In this document: piece by piece, positions 39,126 to 52,997 of the stretch
Position numbering within the stretch: the stretch's first letter is position 1
How the letters are laid out: each line of letters opens with the position of its first letter
Assembly (NCBI RefSeq): GCF_006345805.1
Contig: NC_043015.1
Location: 43,214,001-43,278,000, forward strand
DNA length: 64,000 nt
Reading direction: 5' to 3'
Source of the DNA: Octopus sinensis
Lineage: Eukaryota
Notes under the pieces: model-generated
Seen by the model: only the letters and a program-made list of their open reading frames with translations
The model's database searches: none
Told to the model about the DNA's origin: nothing
Position numbers and translations under genes: made by a program

Positions 39126-40063
39126 CTCTGGTCCCCTCCTGTTTGTGGCATACATTAATGACATAGATGCCAATTTAAAGAATGCCACAGTATTGAAATA
39201 TGCAGACGACATCAAGCTGTACCTTGAAATCAAGAGGACTGATCCTGATGTCTACAACTCTTTCCTGCAATCAGACCTAGACACAATGCAGCAATGGATC
39301 ACAGACTGGCAACTGAAACTGGCTGTGGACAAGTGTACCACCATGCATTTTGGGAGAAAAAACCCTGCGTCCACATACTCCCTCCACAACACTGATATCA
39401 AGAAATCCTTTTGCGAGCGTGACCTAGGCATCACTGTCAGCAGTGATTTGCGTTGGACAAAGCATATCTCTAAAATTGTCAAGAAGGCCGAGGGTGTCTT
39501 GGCATCACTCAGCAAGACTTTTGTTAGCCGCTCTCCAGCCATCTATTTAAAACTGTATACAGCTATGGTACGACCACACTTGGAATTCGCATCATCAGTT
39601 TGGAATCCCTATCTTGCTCAGAACATTGACCTCCTGGAATCTGTCCAGAGACGTGCAATCAAACGCATACCCTCCATCAGACACCTACCATATTCTGAGC
39701 GCCTTGTTTCCCTGGGCATGGATTCACTGAAGCTCCGGCGTCTGGCGACGGACTTGGTAAACATCCACAAGGTTATCAACCACCTCACCAACAACAACAC
39801 TGAACACCTTTTTGATCTCCATGTGTCTAACACACGTGGACATGCCTACAAAGTCAGAAAACAACACAGCTCCCATGACTTTCGGAAACATTTTTTCACG
39901 CTCAGAGTTGCTGAAGCATGGAATAAACTGCCTGCGTCAGTTGTTGACTGCCATGACACTGCATCCTTTAAGGCCCTTTCCATGCTTTCCGAAATCCGCT
40001 GAAACTACACCTGATTATATATACACTTTAGATGAGTTGTAGTGCACCTGAGCACTGTACACA

Positions 40064-40096
<33 letters not shown>
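39126..40096 (+). pseudogene. 5'-truncated CR1-clade LINE (RT C-terminal half, 3' UTR, (ATT)n tail)
   Basis: GPLLF-AYINDI, KYADDIKLY, LYTAMVRPHLEFASSVWNPY, LESVQRRA, FFTLRVAEAWNKLP; ORF 39145-40002. Confidence 0.93.
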
Positions 40097-40099
<3 letters not shown>

Positions 40100-40693
40100 A
40101 TATATATATATATATATATAGCTATGTTGTATTCTTTTAAGAACGTAGTAGAGTGCAATATAAATCTCGCCCCCCTTCAGATTTACCTTGTACTGTCCAG
40201 TAGTAGTAGTATTATACGTACTTCCAATGACAACTACTAAATTCAGGCCAGGACAGAGAGAGAGAGAGGATGTTCTTGAAGCCGAGAATTTGAACTTACG
40301 GAGGTAACATTTACATATCGCCTGAGGAAACACAACTAGATCTCATAATGCAGAGAAGTGGTTGCATAATCAAGTACCTGTACGCCTGAAGAACTACGTG
40401 GTGTGGTAACAATTGTAGTGTTTAAAAAATAGATGTCCAACCGTCCTCCTTCTTATTGACTCCGGCCATGCTGGAGCACCACCTTTAGTCACCAAATCGC
40501 CCCCAGGACTTATTCTTTGTAAGCCTAGTACTTATTCTATCGGCCTCTTTTTACCGAACCGCTAAGTTACGGGGGACGTAAACACACCACCATCGGTTGT
40601 CAAGCAATGTTAGGGGGACAAACACAGACACACAAACATATGCATACGCATACATACATATATATATATATAATATATATATATATATTATTA

Positions 40694-40724
<31 letters not shown>

Positions 40725-41391
40725 ACATAAATACGACGGGCGTCTTTCAGTTTCCGTCTACCAAATCCACTCACAAGCCTGAGGCTATAGTAGAAGACAC
40801 TTACCGAAGGTGTCACGCAGTGGGACTAAACCCGGAACCATGTGGTTGGTAAGCAAGCTACTTACCACACAGCCACTCCAACGCCTAGTTAAAAAAAAAA
40901 CGGTTTAAAAGAAGTCATGGAGTCAATTTTTGCCGACTGAAAACCTCCAAGATTTTGCCCCCAGCATGGCTGCAGTCCATTGACCGAAACAAGTAAAATA
41001 TGAAAGCCAAAAGATTTCTCAATTTAAGACTCGAGACATTTAAAAGGACATAACTAAAAGTCGACCATCTAAAACATAACTTACCGGAAGCGGAAACATT
41101 CATATACATATAATTTTTTTCTAACTGTTCTACCCTCAATATCTCAAAGCCTGTACAGAAAAACAGTGGCTGAATGAGTTCATCTGCACTAAATTGTTGG
41201 TGGCCCAGGTCGGCTGATAACTTGCGTGGCTTTGTAAATGCTTTACAAGTGTGAATGTATGATATCTTACTGATAATAAAAACTTTCGTTGTAATTCTTT
41301 TTTTGTTTGCGCGGTATTCTACACACACCGATGGTGTTTTATATTCGTGTGTGTGTGTGTGTACGTACGTATGCATGTGATTATCTATATG

Positions 41392-41478
<87 letters not shown>

Positions 41479-41479
41479 C

Positions 41480-41510
<31 letters not shown>

Positions 41511-41519
41511 TATATATAT

Positions 41520-41571
<52 letters not shown>

Positions 41572-41693
41572 ATATGTGTGTGTATGTGTATACATATATA
41601 TGTATATTCATTTACCTATATGTATATATGTGTGCGCCTGCGTATGGGTAGATAAATGTATATGTGTACACACACACATACATAAACCTACAT

Positions 41694-41726
<33 letters not shown>

Positions 41727-41907
41727 CATATATATATACATATATATATATATACATATATATAAATATATATACATATATATGTGTATGTGTGTCTGTA
41801 ACTATATGCTTACTATATCATACTGTGAGAGGACGCCTGTGCACGTCAGTTCTTGTGTGTGTGTGTATGTGTGTGTGTGTGTGTATGTGTGTGTGTATGT
41901 GTGTGTC

Positions 41908-41938
<31 letters not shown>

Positions 41939-42424
41939 GCTTAATTCCAGTATCCTCTGACATTTAATGTTACCTGAACACGCACACACACACACGTATA
42001 TAAACTGGATACTTACTGCAAATATAGTTTCATTTTTACCGCAATGCATTCCGAAAAGAAAGCAAAAAAAAAAAAAGGTAAAATAAAGCAAAACAAAGCA
42101 AAAACAAACCAGTGTCTGCGCTGAAAACAGTATTTTTAACCCTTTCCAGTTATGTCAGACAATTGAAAACTGATTCATAAGTAATTTATATATGACATTT
42201 TACACCCGAAAATATCGGGAATTCAAATATTGGCATTGCGATAAAAATAAATATTTATTTCTCTCACGACTCTTAGAGAACCTGGCTAACTCGACGTTCT
42301 TGTTCGTCGTTGTAGTTGCTGTGGGTGGCGGTGGTTGCGGTAGTGGCGGTGGTTGCGGTGGTGGTGGTGGTGGTGGTGGTCTTATCGTTTTTGTTTAACA
42401 CCAGATCAGGCTTGTTCGGGCAGA

Positions 42425-43000
42425 ATTCTTAGAGTGCTTTCTACTATAGGCACAAGGCCTAAAATTTTTTTGAGGTGGGGACCAGTCGATTAAATCGACC
42501 CCAGTACACAACTGGTACTTAATTTATCGACCCCGAAAGGCTGAAAGGCAAAGTGATCCTCGGCGGAATTTGAATTCAGAACGTAGCGGCAGACGAAATA
42601 CCTATTTCTTTACTACCCACAAGCGGCTAAACACAGAGAGGACAAACAAGGACAGACAAACGGATTAAGACGATTATATCTACCCCAGTACATAACTGGT
42701 ACTTATTTAATCGACCATGAAAAGAGAAAGGCAAAGTCGACCTTGGCGGAATTTGAACTCAGAACGTAACGGCAGACGAAATACCTATTTCTTTACTACC
42801 ACAAGGGGCTAAACATAGAGAGGACAGACAAACGGATTAAGTCGATTACATCGACCCCAGTGCGTAACTGGTACTTATTTAATCGACCCCGGAAGGATGA
42901 AAGGCGAAGTCGACCTCGGCGGAATTTGAAACTCAGAACGCAACGGCAGACGAAATACCGCTAAGCATTTCGCCCAGCGTGCTAAAGTTTCTGCCAGCTC
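42425..43000 (-). mobile_element. SINE-A trimer (one full head plus headless units)
   Basis: Junctions AAAGAAATA|GGTATTTCG at about 42602 and 42785. Confidence 0.85.
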
Positions 43001-43727
43001 CAAGGGCTTTCTGTGATATTTCTGTCTTTTATTCCGACTACGTCTATAATAGTAAACGCAAAGTTCTGTCTGTCCATCTGAGTCCCCTGTATCATATTAT
43101 ACCTTTTTGGAATCAGGATGATCCCGGGATTGAAAATCTGCCCTTCATTTGGTTCTTGAACATCCAGCATTGGGATCAGGTTTGGATAAGGATTTGTTAT
43201 ATGCTAACAGTTGAAAATTCAAATTTTAAAAGAACTCCAAAAATTTGTGAACTTACAAGTTTTTCATTTAAGCTGAATTTAAAATAATACCATATTGGTA
43301 GGGTACATGTAAATACCTTATTCTTATTGTTCTCTTTAGTTTGGGGCCGCAAGCCCAATTAGCGTTCTGCAGGAGCTAACCTAAAAGTCCGCACGGTGTG
43401 TGGATTTTAAGCTGCTTATCAAATAACCCATCCCACCTCTTTTATTTTTCATAGACATTAGGGTAAAACCCTGGGAAAATTTTGTTTCGTTTGATCATAT
43501 CAAGCCTACAAATTTTCCAAAAATATTTTTAGAAATTCGAATATATAGCGCGTGCGAATTTTCTAGCTAAACTGCTTTCCCACGGATTTCATTTAAATCA
43601 CGTTTCTCGTGAGCCATGAAGCAAATCGCTTCTTGGATTCTTAACCAAGAATCGAAACCTTTGTCTAGATTTTTCTATAAGCTCCTTTCCAGTGTTCTTA
43701 GCATTAACTCTTAGTATGAGAGTTAAC

Positions 43728-44029
43728 GTGGAGGCGCAATGGCCCAGTGGTTAGGGCAGCGGACTCGCGGTTGTAGGATCGCGGTTTCGATTCCCAGATC
43801 GGCCGTTGTGAGTGTTTATTGAGCGAAAACACCTAAAGCTCCACGGGGCTCCGGCAAGGGGTGGTGGCGATCCCTGCTGTACTCCTTCGCCGCAACTTTC
43901 TCTCACTCTTTCTTCTATTGGCCTGCTCGATTAGCCAGCGGGGTGGCGTCATTCGAAGGCTAAAACAATGCGAAGCGCATTGTGACCAGCGATGTGTAAC
44001 AACATCTAATAGCCTGGTCGATCATGGTC
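43728..44029 (+). mobile_element. SINE family E (tRNA-like head), tail variant 1, with 12-bp TSD
   Basis: A box TGGCCCAGTGG, B box GTTTCGATTCC; ATGAGAGTTAAC at 43716-43727 and 44030-44041. Confidence 0.9.
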
Positions 44030-44464
44030 ATGAGAGTTAACAGTCATATTTTGGGACTTTTTTTTATTGACCTTGAACAGGTAACTCTGACATTAGCGTG
44101 TTTTGAACTTGGGGCAAAGAGAATCAAAACAAATATTGCAAGGAATTCTATCCAACACTCAAAATGATTCTGCTAATTCACCTCCTTAAAGTACCATCAT
44201 ACCATTTAATAAACAGTTTCTACAGAATACAGTTCAGTTGAACTTAAGAATTCCTTGATAACTTCCACTCGTTTGGAATTAAAAATAGCATCTCTTCTTA
44301 TGTAATTAAGTGGTTTACGATAACCCTTAAAATGGTTTAATATAAATGTTACTGGCACTCCGTCGGTTACGACGACGAGGGTTGCAGTCGATCCGATCAA
44401 CGGAACAACCTGATCATGAAATTAATATGGCTGAGTATTCCACAGACACACGCATCCTTAACAC

Positions 44465-44638
44465 CTTGTGACAAAGCAGGCCATTTGGATTACAGGTACT
44501 ATTCATTACTGCCAGCTGAGTGAACTGGAGCATAGTGAAATAAAGTGTCTTGCTTAAGGTCACAGCGCGCCGCCGGTATTCGAACTCACAAGCTTACGAT
44601 CATGAACTGAATACCCGAACCACTTAGCCACACGCCTT
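44465..44638 (-). mobile_element. tRNA-headed SINE family F
   Basis: Minus strand TGGCTAAGTGG...GAGTTCGAATACC...CCTTAAGCAAGACACTTTATTTC. Confidence 0.7.
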
Positions 44639-44789
44639 AGTATTAAGTATTTTTTCCATGCACTTTACGAGACTGGAAAGGTGAAAATATCTATTTTTTT
44701 ATTGCTCACAAATATCTATTTCTTTATCATCACATCGACCCCAGTGCGTAACTGGTACTTATTTAATCGACCCCGAAAGGCCTCCTCTA

Positions 44790-45260
44790 ACCGGGGGAGG
44801 GAAAGGCAATTTTCATTTGTCTGGTGGCTGTAGTGAAAGAGGTCTAAAGTCAGACACTTTCCTCTCTGGCCAAGGCCTCATCAGCTCTTTCAGGTTCCAC
44901 ATGAACAGGAGGGTCAGAGCAGAGAGGGAAGTGTTGTCTTCTAGCAAATTTGTTGAAAGGTGGGCGAATATCGGAAAAATGGCCAGTATGGATGGACCAA
45001 TTTTGAGATTACACCTGAAAAAAAAAAGATATAAAACGAGAAAGGGCTCTCGCCCTGTTGACAGGTACCCGTGGCTTTTATGGTTTTTTTCCACGAGTAA
45101 CCTTCAAAGCGCCTCCTCCTATTGGGAGTTTTTTCTTGTTATATTATTTTCGTTATAAAATGTTTACATGGACATTTTTTTTTTGCAAAACACTTTCTTT
45201 ATCGTCTTGTGTTGTCCTGTAATGTTATTTATTTATATTAGCCCTTGTGGCTAATAAAAT
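44790..45260 (+). pseudogene. Tx1/L1-like LINE 3' fragment (ORF2 C-terminus and 3' UTR)
   Basis: GLKSDTFLSGQGLISSFRFHMNRRVRAEREVLSSSKFVERW resembles Tx1-type ORF2 ends; UTR ends TGTGGCTAATAAA like 12630-12945 and 63497-63759. Confidence 0.6.
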
Positions 45261-45286
45261 TTTTTTTAATTATTATTATTATTATT

Positions 45287-45319
<33 letters not shown>

Positions 45320-45322
45320 ATC

Positions 45323-45877
45323 GAGTGAGAGAGCAGTGCATGCCATCAAAGTGACACTGGGGTAAAATATAGAAAGCGCAGTATACCCATCATGACTACC
45401 TGTCTGATAAGGGCACACTAGACACATGCATCACAACCATATGTGTGCGACATGGTGATCTCATATCAAGACAAACAGCGCATGACCTTGCAGGTAGGGC
45501 CCAGTTAAAATTTTCTTCTGATCGAGTAGTCCATCCCACGCAAAAGGTCCCTGAATAAGGATTGTTTAAGGATGTTGAACGAACCACCCATGTTTCCGAA
45601 GGTGAATTGTCCAAACCCCAACGAATCCCTATCAACACATGGCTATGATGCTCCCCAACTACTTCTGCTCGTGATCATAGATGCACATATCGTCAGCCAC
45701 TAAGGGACATGGCCAAATGGTTATGGTCAAACAACTGACAAGCAAATCTGTGGTATTGAGCAGAATATTTGCTGCAGCCCATCTTTTGTACCAAGACAAA
45801 ACAGTGTACATGATAACACCTCCAATCAGTTAAGATCAGAAGCCATGAGAGACACTGCCTGGTACTGCATCAGGGCG
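45323..45877 (-). mobile_element. Family D retroposon, second full copy
   Basis: Reverse complement of 11455-12011; (TTA/TTG)n on both sides. Confidence 0.8.
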
Positions 45878-45999
<122 letters not shown>

Positions 46000-46632
46000 T
46001 CATCAGTTCAAATATTCTAACTCCTACACAATCTGTTAGAATTAATTCACTGTTTCATCCACGACAACTTGACGCTTTTCCATTGGTTCGTGAGATTCGT
46101 TCGTTCGCTTGCTTCTTCTTGTTTTCTTTTGTTGCTTTTTTTTTATTCAAATATTTTCAGTATATTTTGTAGGAAATAATAAAATATAGAATTATTTCCC
46201 TCAAAATTCTTATTATTCGTGTTAGCAACTGACAATGTTGAAGATAAATGCGTGAAGAATCTGGCAAATGTCTATATAGAATGTAAAACGCAATGTTATA
46301 TATTTTTTTCATCAAACACAATTTTACGATGTTTGTTTAAATTTGATTTGTTGATACGTATTGGTTTCTTATTCTTTTGCTGTAGGAATCTGCAGATAAT
46401 AGATGTGATTCTTATGTCTTAGGATTGGCAACACTTCAAAATCGGTGACATGATTGTTTAGCATAAGAAAACGTTGATTTGAGATCAAAAGATAGATGAT
46501 AGATAGATAGATAGATAGACAGACAGATAGACTGATTGATTTGCAAACTAATACTCAGATATGGAGACAGATTAGTATATTGGTTGATAAGTGGGTAGAT
46601 TGGCAGACAGATAAATTGATAAATAGACAGAT

Positions 46633-47039
46633 CGGATCTTTTCGGTTTGACCGGCAGTTTTTAAAAATAATTTCCACGTAACTAAACACTTTTAAACTTC
46701 GTATACTGGTAGAATGTGTTTATAAAACATCTTTTTCTCTTGGCTTTATTGAGAAAATTCTATGGTTTCTAAGATATTTGTTGTTTTTTGTTCTTCAATT
46801 TCTGCAATTTCAACCAATCAATGACGTCTATTGAGGTGAAAACATTCTGTGCCGTATGAATATGTCCATCGTTTAAGAAACAGATTAGGTTTATTTACAT
46901 TTCAGAAAAAAAAGATACCCTTCCCCCACCCCTAACCCTAAAACAGATTGAAATGCAATAGATGCTAGGGTCATAATTATGGGTGACAATTTCATATGAC
47001 ACCGCTTAAAAAAACTGCCGGTCAAACCGAAAAGATCCG
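46633..47039. mobile_element. Non-autonomous TIR element (MITE-like, 407 bp)
   Basis: TIR CGGATCTTTTCGGTTTGACCGGCAGTTTTT / AAAAACTGCCGGTCAAACCGAAAAGATCCG; ACAGAT directly repeated at 46627-46632 and 47040-47045. Confidence 0.85.
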
Positions 47040-47397
47040 ACAGATCGGTAGATAGACATAAGAAGCGAGAAGGTTAACGAACATACATATCCCTCCACAC
47101 CTTATGTAAGTGTTCTCTGCTATAGTCTCGGGTCGACCAAAGCCTTGTGAGTGGATTTGGTAGACGGAAACTGAAAGAAACCCGTCGTATACGTAACTGT
47201 ATATATATTTATGTGTGTGTATTTCTGTCTGTGTTTACTCAACAACAACGTGGTGTGAAACATCTTGCAGAAATTAGCATCAATAAGCAGTGGTGTATTG
47301 TGTAACAGTTTACTGAAATTAGCATCAGTTAACAACAAACTGTTGCGAATCTTATTGCAGAAATTCGCATCAACCACCAGCGACATGTTGCGAATAA

Positions 47398-47757
47398 TCT
47401 CTCTCTATATAAAGCTGAAGTTGTCTGAGTATGGCAGGTTTTAGCCTTCAACTTACACTATCTCCTCCGAGACCCTGCGGCGCAAGTTGACCAAAATTGA
47501 GAGTATGATAGAAGAAGGCTTGCTCTTCCTTTCGTAGAAGATAAAATTCAAATCGGACCATGTTAACACCAAAAATTATTTACATCAAAAAGGTGCTTTT
47601 TTTTCTATGAAAATCCCTATGTTCTACGATTTTTTGACTGGTGTGTCGCAATTTTAAAGAGAATAACAAGCTACATAATGCAAAACTTTTTACTTTTCAA
47701 AAATTCCAATCCTAAAGAGTCGAAACAAACCCGAGCAACGCCGGGTGATACTGCTAG
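47398..47757 (+). mobile_element. Non-autonomous Helitron
   Basis: A|TC start, subterminal hairpin CCCGAGCAACGCCGGG 47730-47745, CTAG|T end, no TSD. Confidence 0.85.
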
Positions 47758-48638
47758 TCTTTTTTAAATTAGCATTCATCTCCAACAGTCTGTTGCGAAT
47801 CAAATCGTCTTGCTGAAATCGCATCAATCACTAATAACATATCGAAAATCATCGTACTAAGATTAACATCAATCACCAGCATTCTGATACGAGACATTTT
47901 GCTGAAATTAGCAACAGTCCTCAGCAAATTATATTCGTGAATTACATTGCGTTTCTGCGGCTTACAACAACGAAATGTGTTAGATTTTTCCGTGGTTTGT
48001 ACTTGAGAGTACATGAAGCTTTTTGCTTTCTGTTATATAATCCTGTGTTGGCTTCCTTCATACGACTCTAAGGAAAAATTAACTACAAAAGACCGCAAAA
48101 AGTAGTTCAACAAGTGATTATACAATTTTGTTGCTCTTTTTTAAAATCTAGTTGCGAATGTTACACTATGGCTTGCTCAGGGTGCACCATTGTTATTTAC
48201 TTCCTGTATTCAATAGTTAGGACACCACTCTTTAATACGACCTCATAAACGATTATGACTCAACCAAAGTCAACTTGATCTTTTCTTTCGGTTAAGAACC
48301 AGAAAATTTAGATTGAACTAGCTATAATGTCTTTTGGAGTCTCGTAGTCTCACCTGACACATGTCAAATGCACGATTAGTCATTTGTTATTAATCTTGTA
48401 GATTATGATGCTTACAAAATGGCTAATCCAACAGGTATTAACAGGAGTATGTGCCATAGAACATATATTTATCCACGGCGAACAGAAGAGAATTTATCCT
48501 GAAACGCAAATATGTATGTATGTATATATGTATCGAATCATGTTTATATCAACGTACATATGTAAGTGTGAACGTCTGCATGCAAATACTTTTGTAAGTA
48601 TGTTTGTATGCATGTAAATAAGTACGTGTATATATATA

Positions 48639-48690
<52 letters not shown>

Positions 48691-48694
<4 letters not shown>

Positions 48695-49052
48695 AAATAA
48701 GCAACAAGGATATCTAAGGTAGTGTAGTACAATCGTTTCATGCTACTTCATTTTATTAAACACTGTAAGTATTACATCAGTTTTAAAATGTCGAGCAATC
48801 TTCAGCCATATATAGAATTTTTTAATTAAACGGACAATGCACATTTTTATACTTATTTCATTTGCTAACATTGAAATAAGTATAAAAATGAAATACCTAT
48901 GAAAATGTGCATTGTCCATTTAATTAATTTATCTATATATGGGTGAAGATTGCTCGACATTTTAAAACTGATGTAATACTTACAGTGAAAAATGAAGTAG
49001 CATGAAACGATTGTACTACACTACCTTGGATATCCTTGTTGCTTATTTTGAT
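48691..49052. mobile_element. Fold-back element with hammerhead motifs in both arms
   Basis: ATCAAAATAAGCAAC...GTTGCTTATTTTGAT; minus motif 48724-48809 (CTGAAGA...GAAAC-GATT-GTA), plus motif about 48940-49019 (GTGAAGA); TA flanks. Confidence 0.85.
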
Positions 49053-49160
49053 TATAATCACCCCATTTGATTTACATGGATAATACCATACCAAATTCTG
49101 GTGCCTTTAACTTAAGTACCATATTCATCTTAATCTAATTTTTTATGAACTTATAATACC

Positions 49161-49191
<31 letters not shown>

Positions 49192-49469
49192 ATTGTATAT
49201 ATCTATGTCTCTTCTATTTTTTACTTTTTATATATCTTCCACTAAAGAGGGAGCTGGTTTCCAACAAAGATACAAAGCTCCATCTTTGGGATGTAGTCAA
49301 CACAGACAAATTTACATTTGGTACTTGAGAAAAGTCTTGCATATTTTCACTGTTCCACTCACAGATTGCACTTGTAATGTACGAATCAGTCGATCGATTC
49401 CTCTTTCTGAAAATCCCAGTTTATCCAAATTCTCCTTTAAGCATTTACTAACAAAACCTAGTGCTTCAA

Positions 49470-49990
49470 TGTATGTATGTATGTATTTATGTATGTATGT
49501 ATGTATGTATGTATGTATGTATGTATGTATGTATGTATGTATGTATGTATGTATGCATGTATGCATGCATGCATGCATGTATGTATGTATGTATGTATGT
49601 ATGTATGTATGTATGTATGTATTTATATATGTATGTATGTATGTATGCATGTATGTATGTATGTATGTATGTATGCATGTATGCATGCATGCATGCATGT
49701 ATGTATGTATGTATGTATGTATGTATGTATTTATATATGTATGTATGTATGTATGCATGTATGTATGTATGTATGTATGTATATGTATGTATGTATGCAT
49801 GCATGCATGCATGTATGTATGTATGCATGCATGTATGTATGTATGTATGTATGTGTGTATGTATGTATGTATGTATGCATGCATGCATGCATGTATGTAT
49901 GTAGTATGTATGTATGTATGCATGCATGCATGCATGTATGTATGTATGTATGTATGTATGTATGTACGTACGTACGTACGTATGTATATA
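49470..49990. repeat. (TATG/CATG)n tract
   Basis: Directly visible. Confidence 0.95.
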
Positions 49991-52382
49991 TAGCTATCCT
50001 CTCATGTTTGAGCTGCGCGGTTTGAATAACAGTTATCCTCTGGTATAGGAACATCGCAACCAAAAACTCTAATGCACATCTCAGTCTTTAATCAGTAACT
50101 ATATTCGAGTAATCATTGGCATGACAAAAGACTGAGAGTCGAAAATTTGACTGACGAGTCAGAACATTGTACGTACGCTTGATTTAAACAAGAAAAAAAA
50201 CATATATTCTATAAATTTCTTCCAGACTTTTACTATTTTCCATCGATAAAAAACGTCACGCATCATAAAATGCTCAATTTATACATCTCGGATTATGTCA
50301 TGCTGATGGATTCTAAAAAGAATGAAATAGTGCTGTACACGATTACTCCTGACTAGAAATTTTAACAGCTTCGAAATGATTAAGCAATAAAATAACTGAA
50401 TATATTTATTCCATACTTCTTCATCCGCATTCCTTACTTTCTAATTCAAACTTCTAATCCAACCAAATACTTTGAAGAAATGATTATCTCCCTTGTATTA
50501 ACCGTCCGCTAGGAGAGACGGCATGTCATTTAAAATTGATAATCTATCAGAGAGTCAGTTTCAGTCTAATCCACATCTTCGATAGCGTCTCACCTTCCAT
50601 TGATTGATATAATATTTCTATCAATATTTTCTATATATGTGCAGACATGGCTGTGTGGTTAAGAGACCTGTTTTGCAATTACGTGGTTCCAGGATCTGTC
50701 CCACTGTGCGGCACCCTGGGGCAATTATCTTCTCCTATAGCTCCAGACCGTTCAATGCCTTGTGAGTGAATTTGGTAGATGGAAACCGGAAACTGTGTGA
50801 AAGCTTGTTGTGTGTGCGTGTGTCTCTCACTGTGTGTGTCCGTGTATGTGTATGTATGTGCATGTGTGTGTATATGTGCGTGTATGGGTGTGTGTCTGTG
50901 TTGGTGCTTGTGTGTGTGTATGTGTGTGCATATGTATGTGTGTTTTTGTATACATACTTGTGTGAGTATACATACGTGTGTATGTATACATATATGTGTG
51001 TATGTGCTGTATGTATATTTACATGTGCATGTGTATATATATATATGAGTGTGTGTATACATACATGCGTGTGTATATTCATACACATGTGTGTATACAT
51101 ATATGTGTGTGTGTATGTGTTTGTATACATACATGTGTATGCTGTGTGTGTGTGTGTGTATGTGTATATGTATGTATGCATACATGCGTGTGTGCTTTGT
51201 GTGTGTGTGTTCTCTGTGTGTGCCTTTGTTTTTATGTTTGCGTTTGTCCCTTCGCCACTTGACAACCGGTTCAGCAAAATACCCCAATAGAAAATATCGC
51301 AGACTTAATATTTAAATCCTGGGATCGATTTGGTTGACCAAACTCTTAAATCCGGTGCCCCAGCATGGCCGCAATCCAATGATTGTCACAAATAACAGAC
51401 AAAAGATAAAAGATATCGAGTGTTCTTAAACAGACGCAATCTGCTGGGAGTATTATGTTTCACTCAACCTATCGATGCAGAGTATAATGAATGACTTACA
51501 GGAAGCGCGTCTATTTAGCAATTCTTTTAGCGATTTTGTTTTGATGAAATGTTCGCTTGCTTCCGAGTCTGGCTGCGAATTTATTTGTGTAAACTGAGCT
51601 GTGTATACGAACATCTCTTTTTAGATGGACCGTCTGTGCTTTGCAAAATGCTTGATGATGTTTTCATACACTATGGCAATGGCGATGAAGATGGCGATGG
51701 CAATCACATCTGAGATACTATATATTTCAACAGGATAGGATCATACACATGTATGTATAACATTTATGTGTGCGGATGACTTAAAGAGCGAGACAGACAG
51801 AAGAGAGAAGGATGAATAAAACGTGTGTTTGTGTGTGTGTGTGTGTGCGCGCGCTGTTTACGTCAACAGGATGTTGTCTGAGTTTTTAGACGCAGCAAAT
51901 GATTTGAGCTCAAATACTGGCGATTCATTGGTTAAAATTCAAAGAATTAAACTCCGTTAAACTTACAAATTACAAAAAAAAAAAAAGCCAAGTGAAAATA
52001 ATGTTTTCTTTCTCAAAAAAGCCAAGTGAAAATGTTTTCTTTTGACACATTCTACCAGTATACGAAGTTTCAAATTGTTTAGTTAATTAGAAATTGGGCT
52101 GAATTCTGTCTATCTAAAGGAAAAGATCCACAGGATATTTAACATGACCTTTCTGTTGACACTATCGAATGTCTTGAAAAAAATCTACATATACGCAGGC
52201 ATGGATATGTGGTAAGAAGCTTGCTTCCCAACCACATGGTTCTGGGTTCAGTCCCATTGCGTGGCACCATGAGAAAATATCTTCTACTATAACCTCGGGC
52301 CAACCAAAGCTTTGTGAGTGGATTTTGTAGAAGGAAATTGAAAGAAGCTCGTAGTATATATACATACATACATACATACATA

Positions 52383-52427
<45 letters not shown>

Positions 52428-52528
52428 CTCTTTACTCTCTAGAGCTATCACGGATTTTTGTAACGACGTTTCGTATCCGAGACGGCGGATGTAAACAAGC
52501 AATGGTGATAGAAGATGTCTGTCTGTCA

Positions 52529-52664
<136 letters not shown>

Positions 52665-52997
52665 CTACCCTGCTGTCTGTCTGTCTGTCTATCTTCCTCG
52701 AATCTTCACGTATATCTTTCTCTTATTGTTTATCTATATACCACCTGTTTTATCTATATCATTCAGTCTAACTTATCTTTTAAGCTTTTTCAAGCTAAAT
52801 TTCAATATAACGGACTGTACTGTGTGACTGCTAAAGACAATAAAATAAATACCAACCTCTACTTAATCGATGAAAAGATTAACTGATTTTGAGCGACAGA
52901 TAAATCAAACATTTTAAGCTTTTAAGTAATTTTAAAAAATTTCCGTATTATTTCATCCAATATGACACACAACTATCAAAAAGCGTTTATTAATATA

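Noticed and set aside
44845-44890. Minus-strand CTGATGA-GGCC-TT-GGCC...GAAA hammerhead look-alike
   Set aside because: Six extra bases separate stem II from GAAA, stems I and III do not close, and it lies inside LINE coding sequence.
44813-45025. Minus-strand terminal-exon candidate behind a T-rich CAG acceptor
   Set aside because: Better explained as the antisense of the Tx1-like ORF2 end; the T-run is the element's A-run.
46925-46942. Interstitial telomeric repeat
   Set aside because: Only about two CCCTAA units, inside a MITE.
52455-52495. Minus-strand ATCCG/CGGAT hairpin followed by GAAACGTC
   Set aside because: No CUGANGA and no stem I partner.
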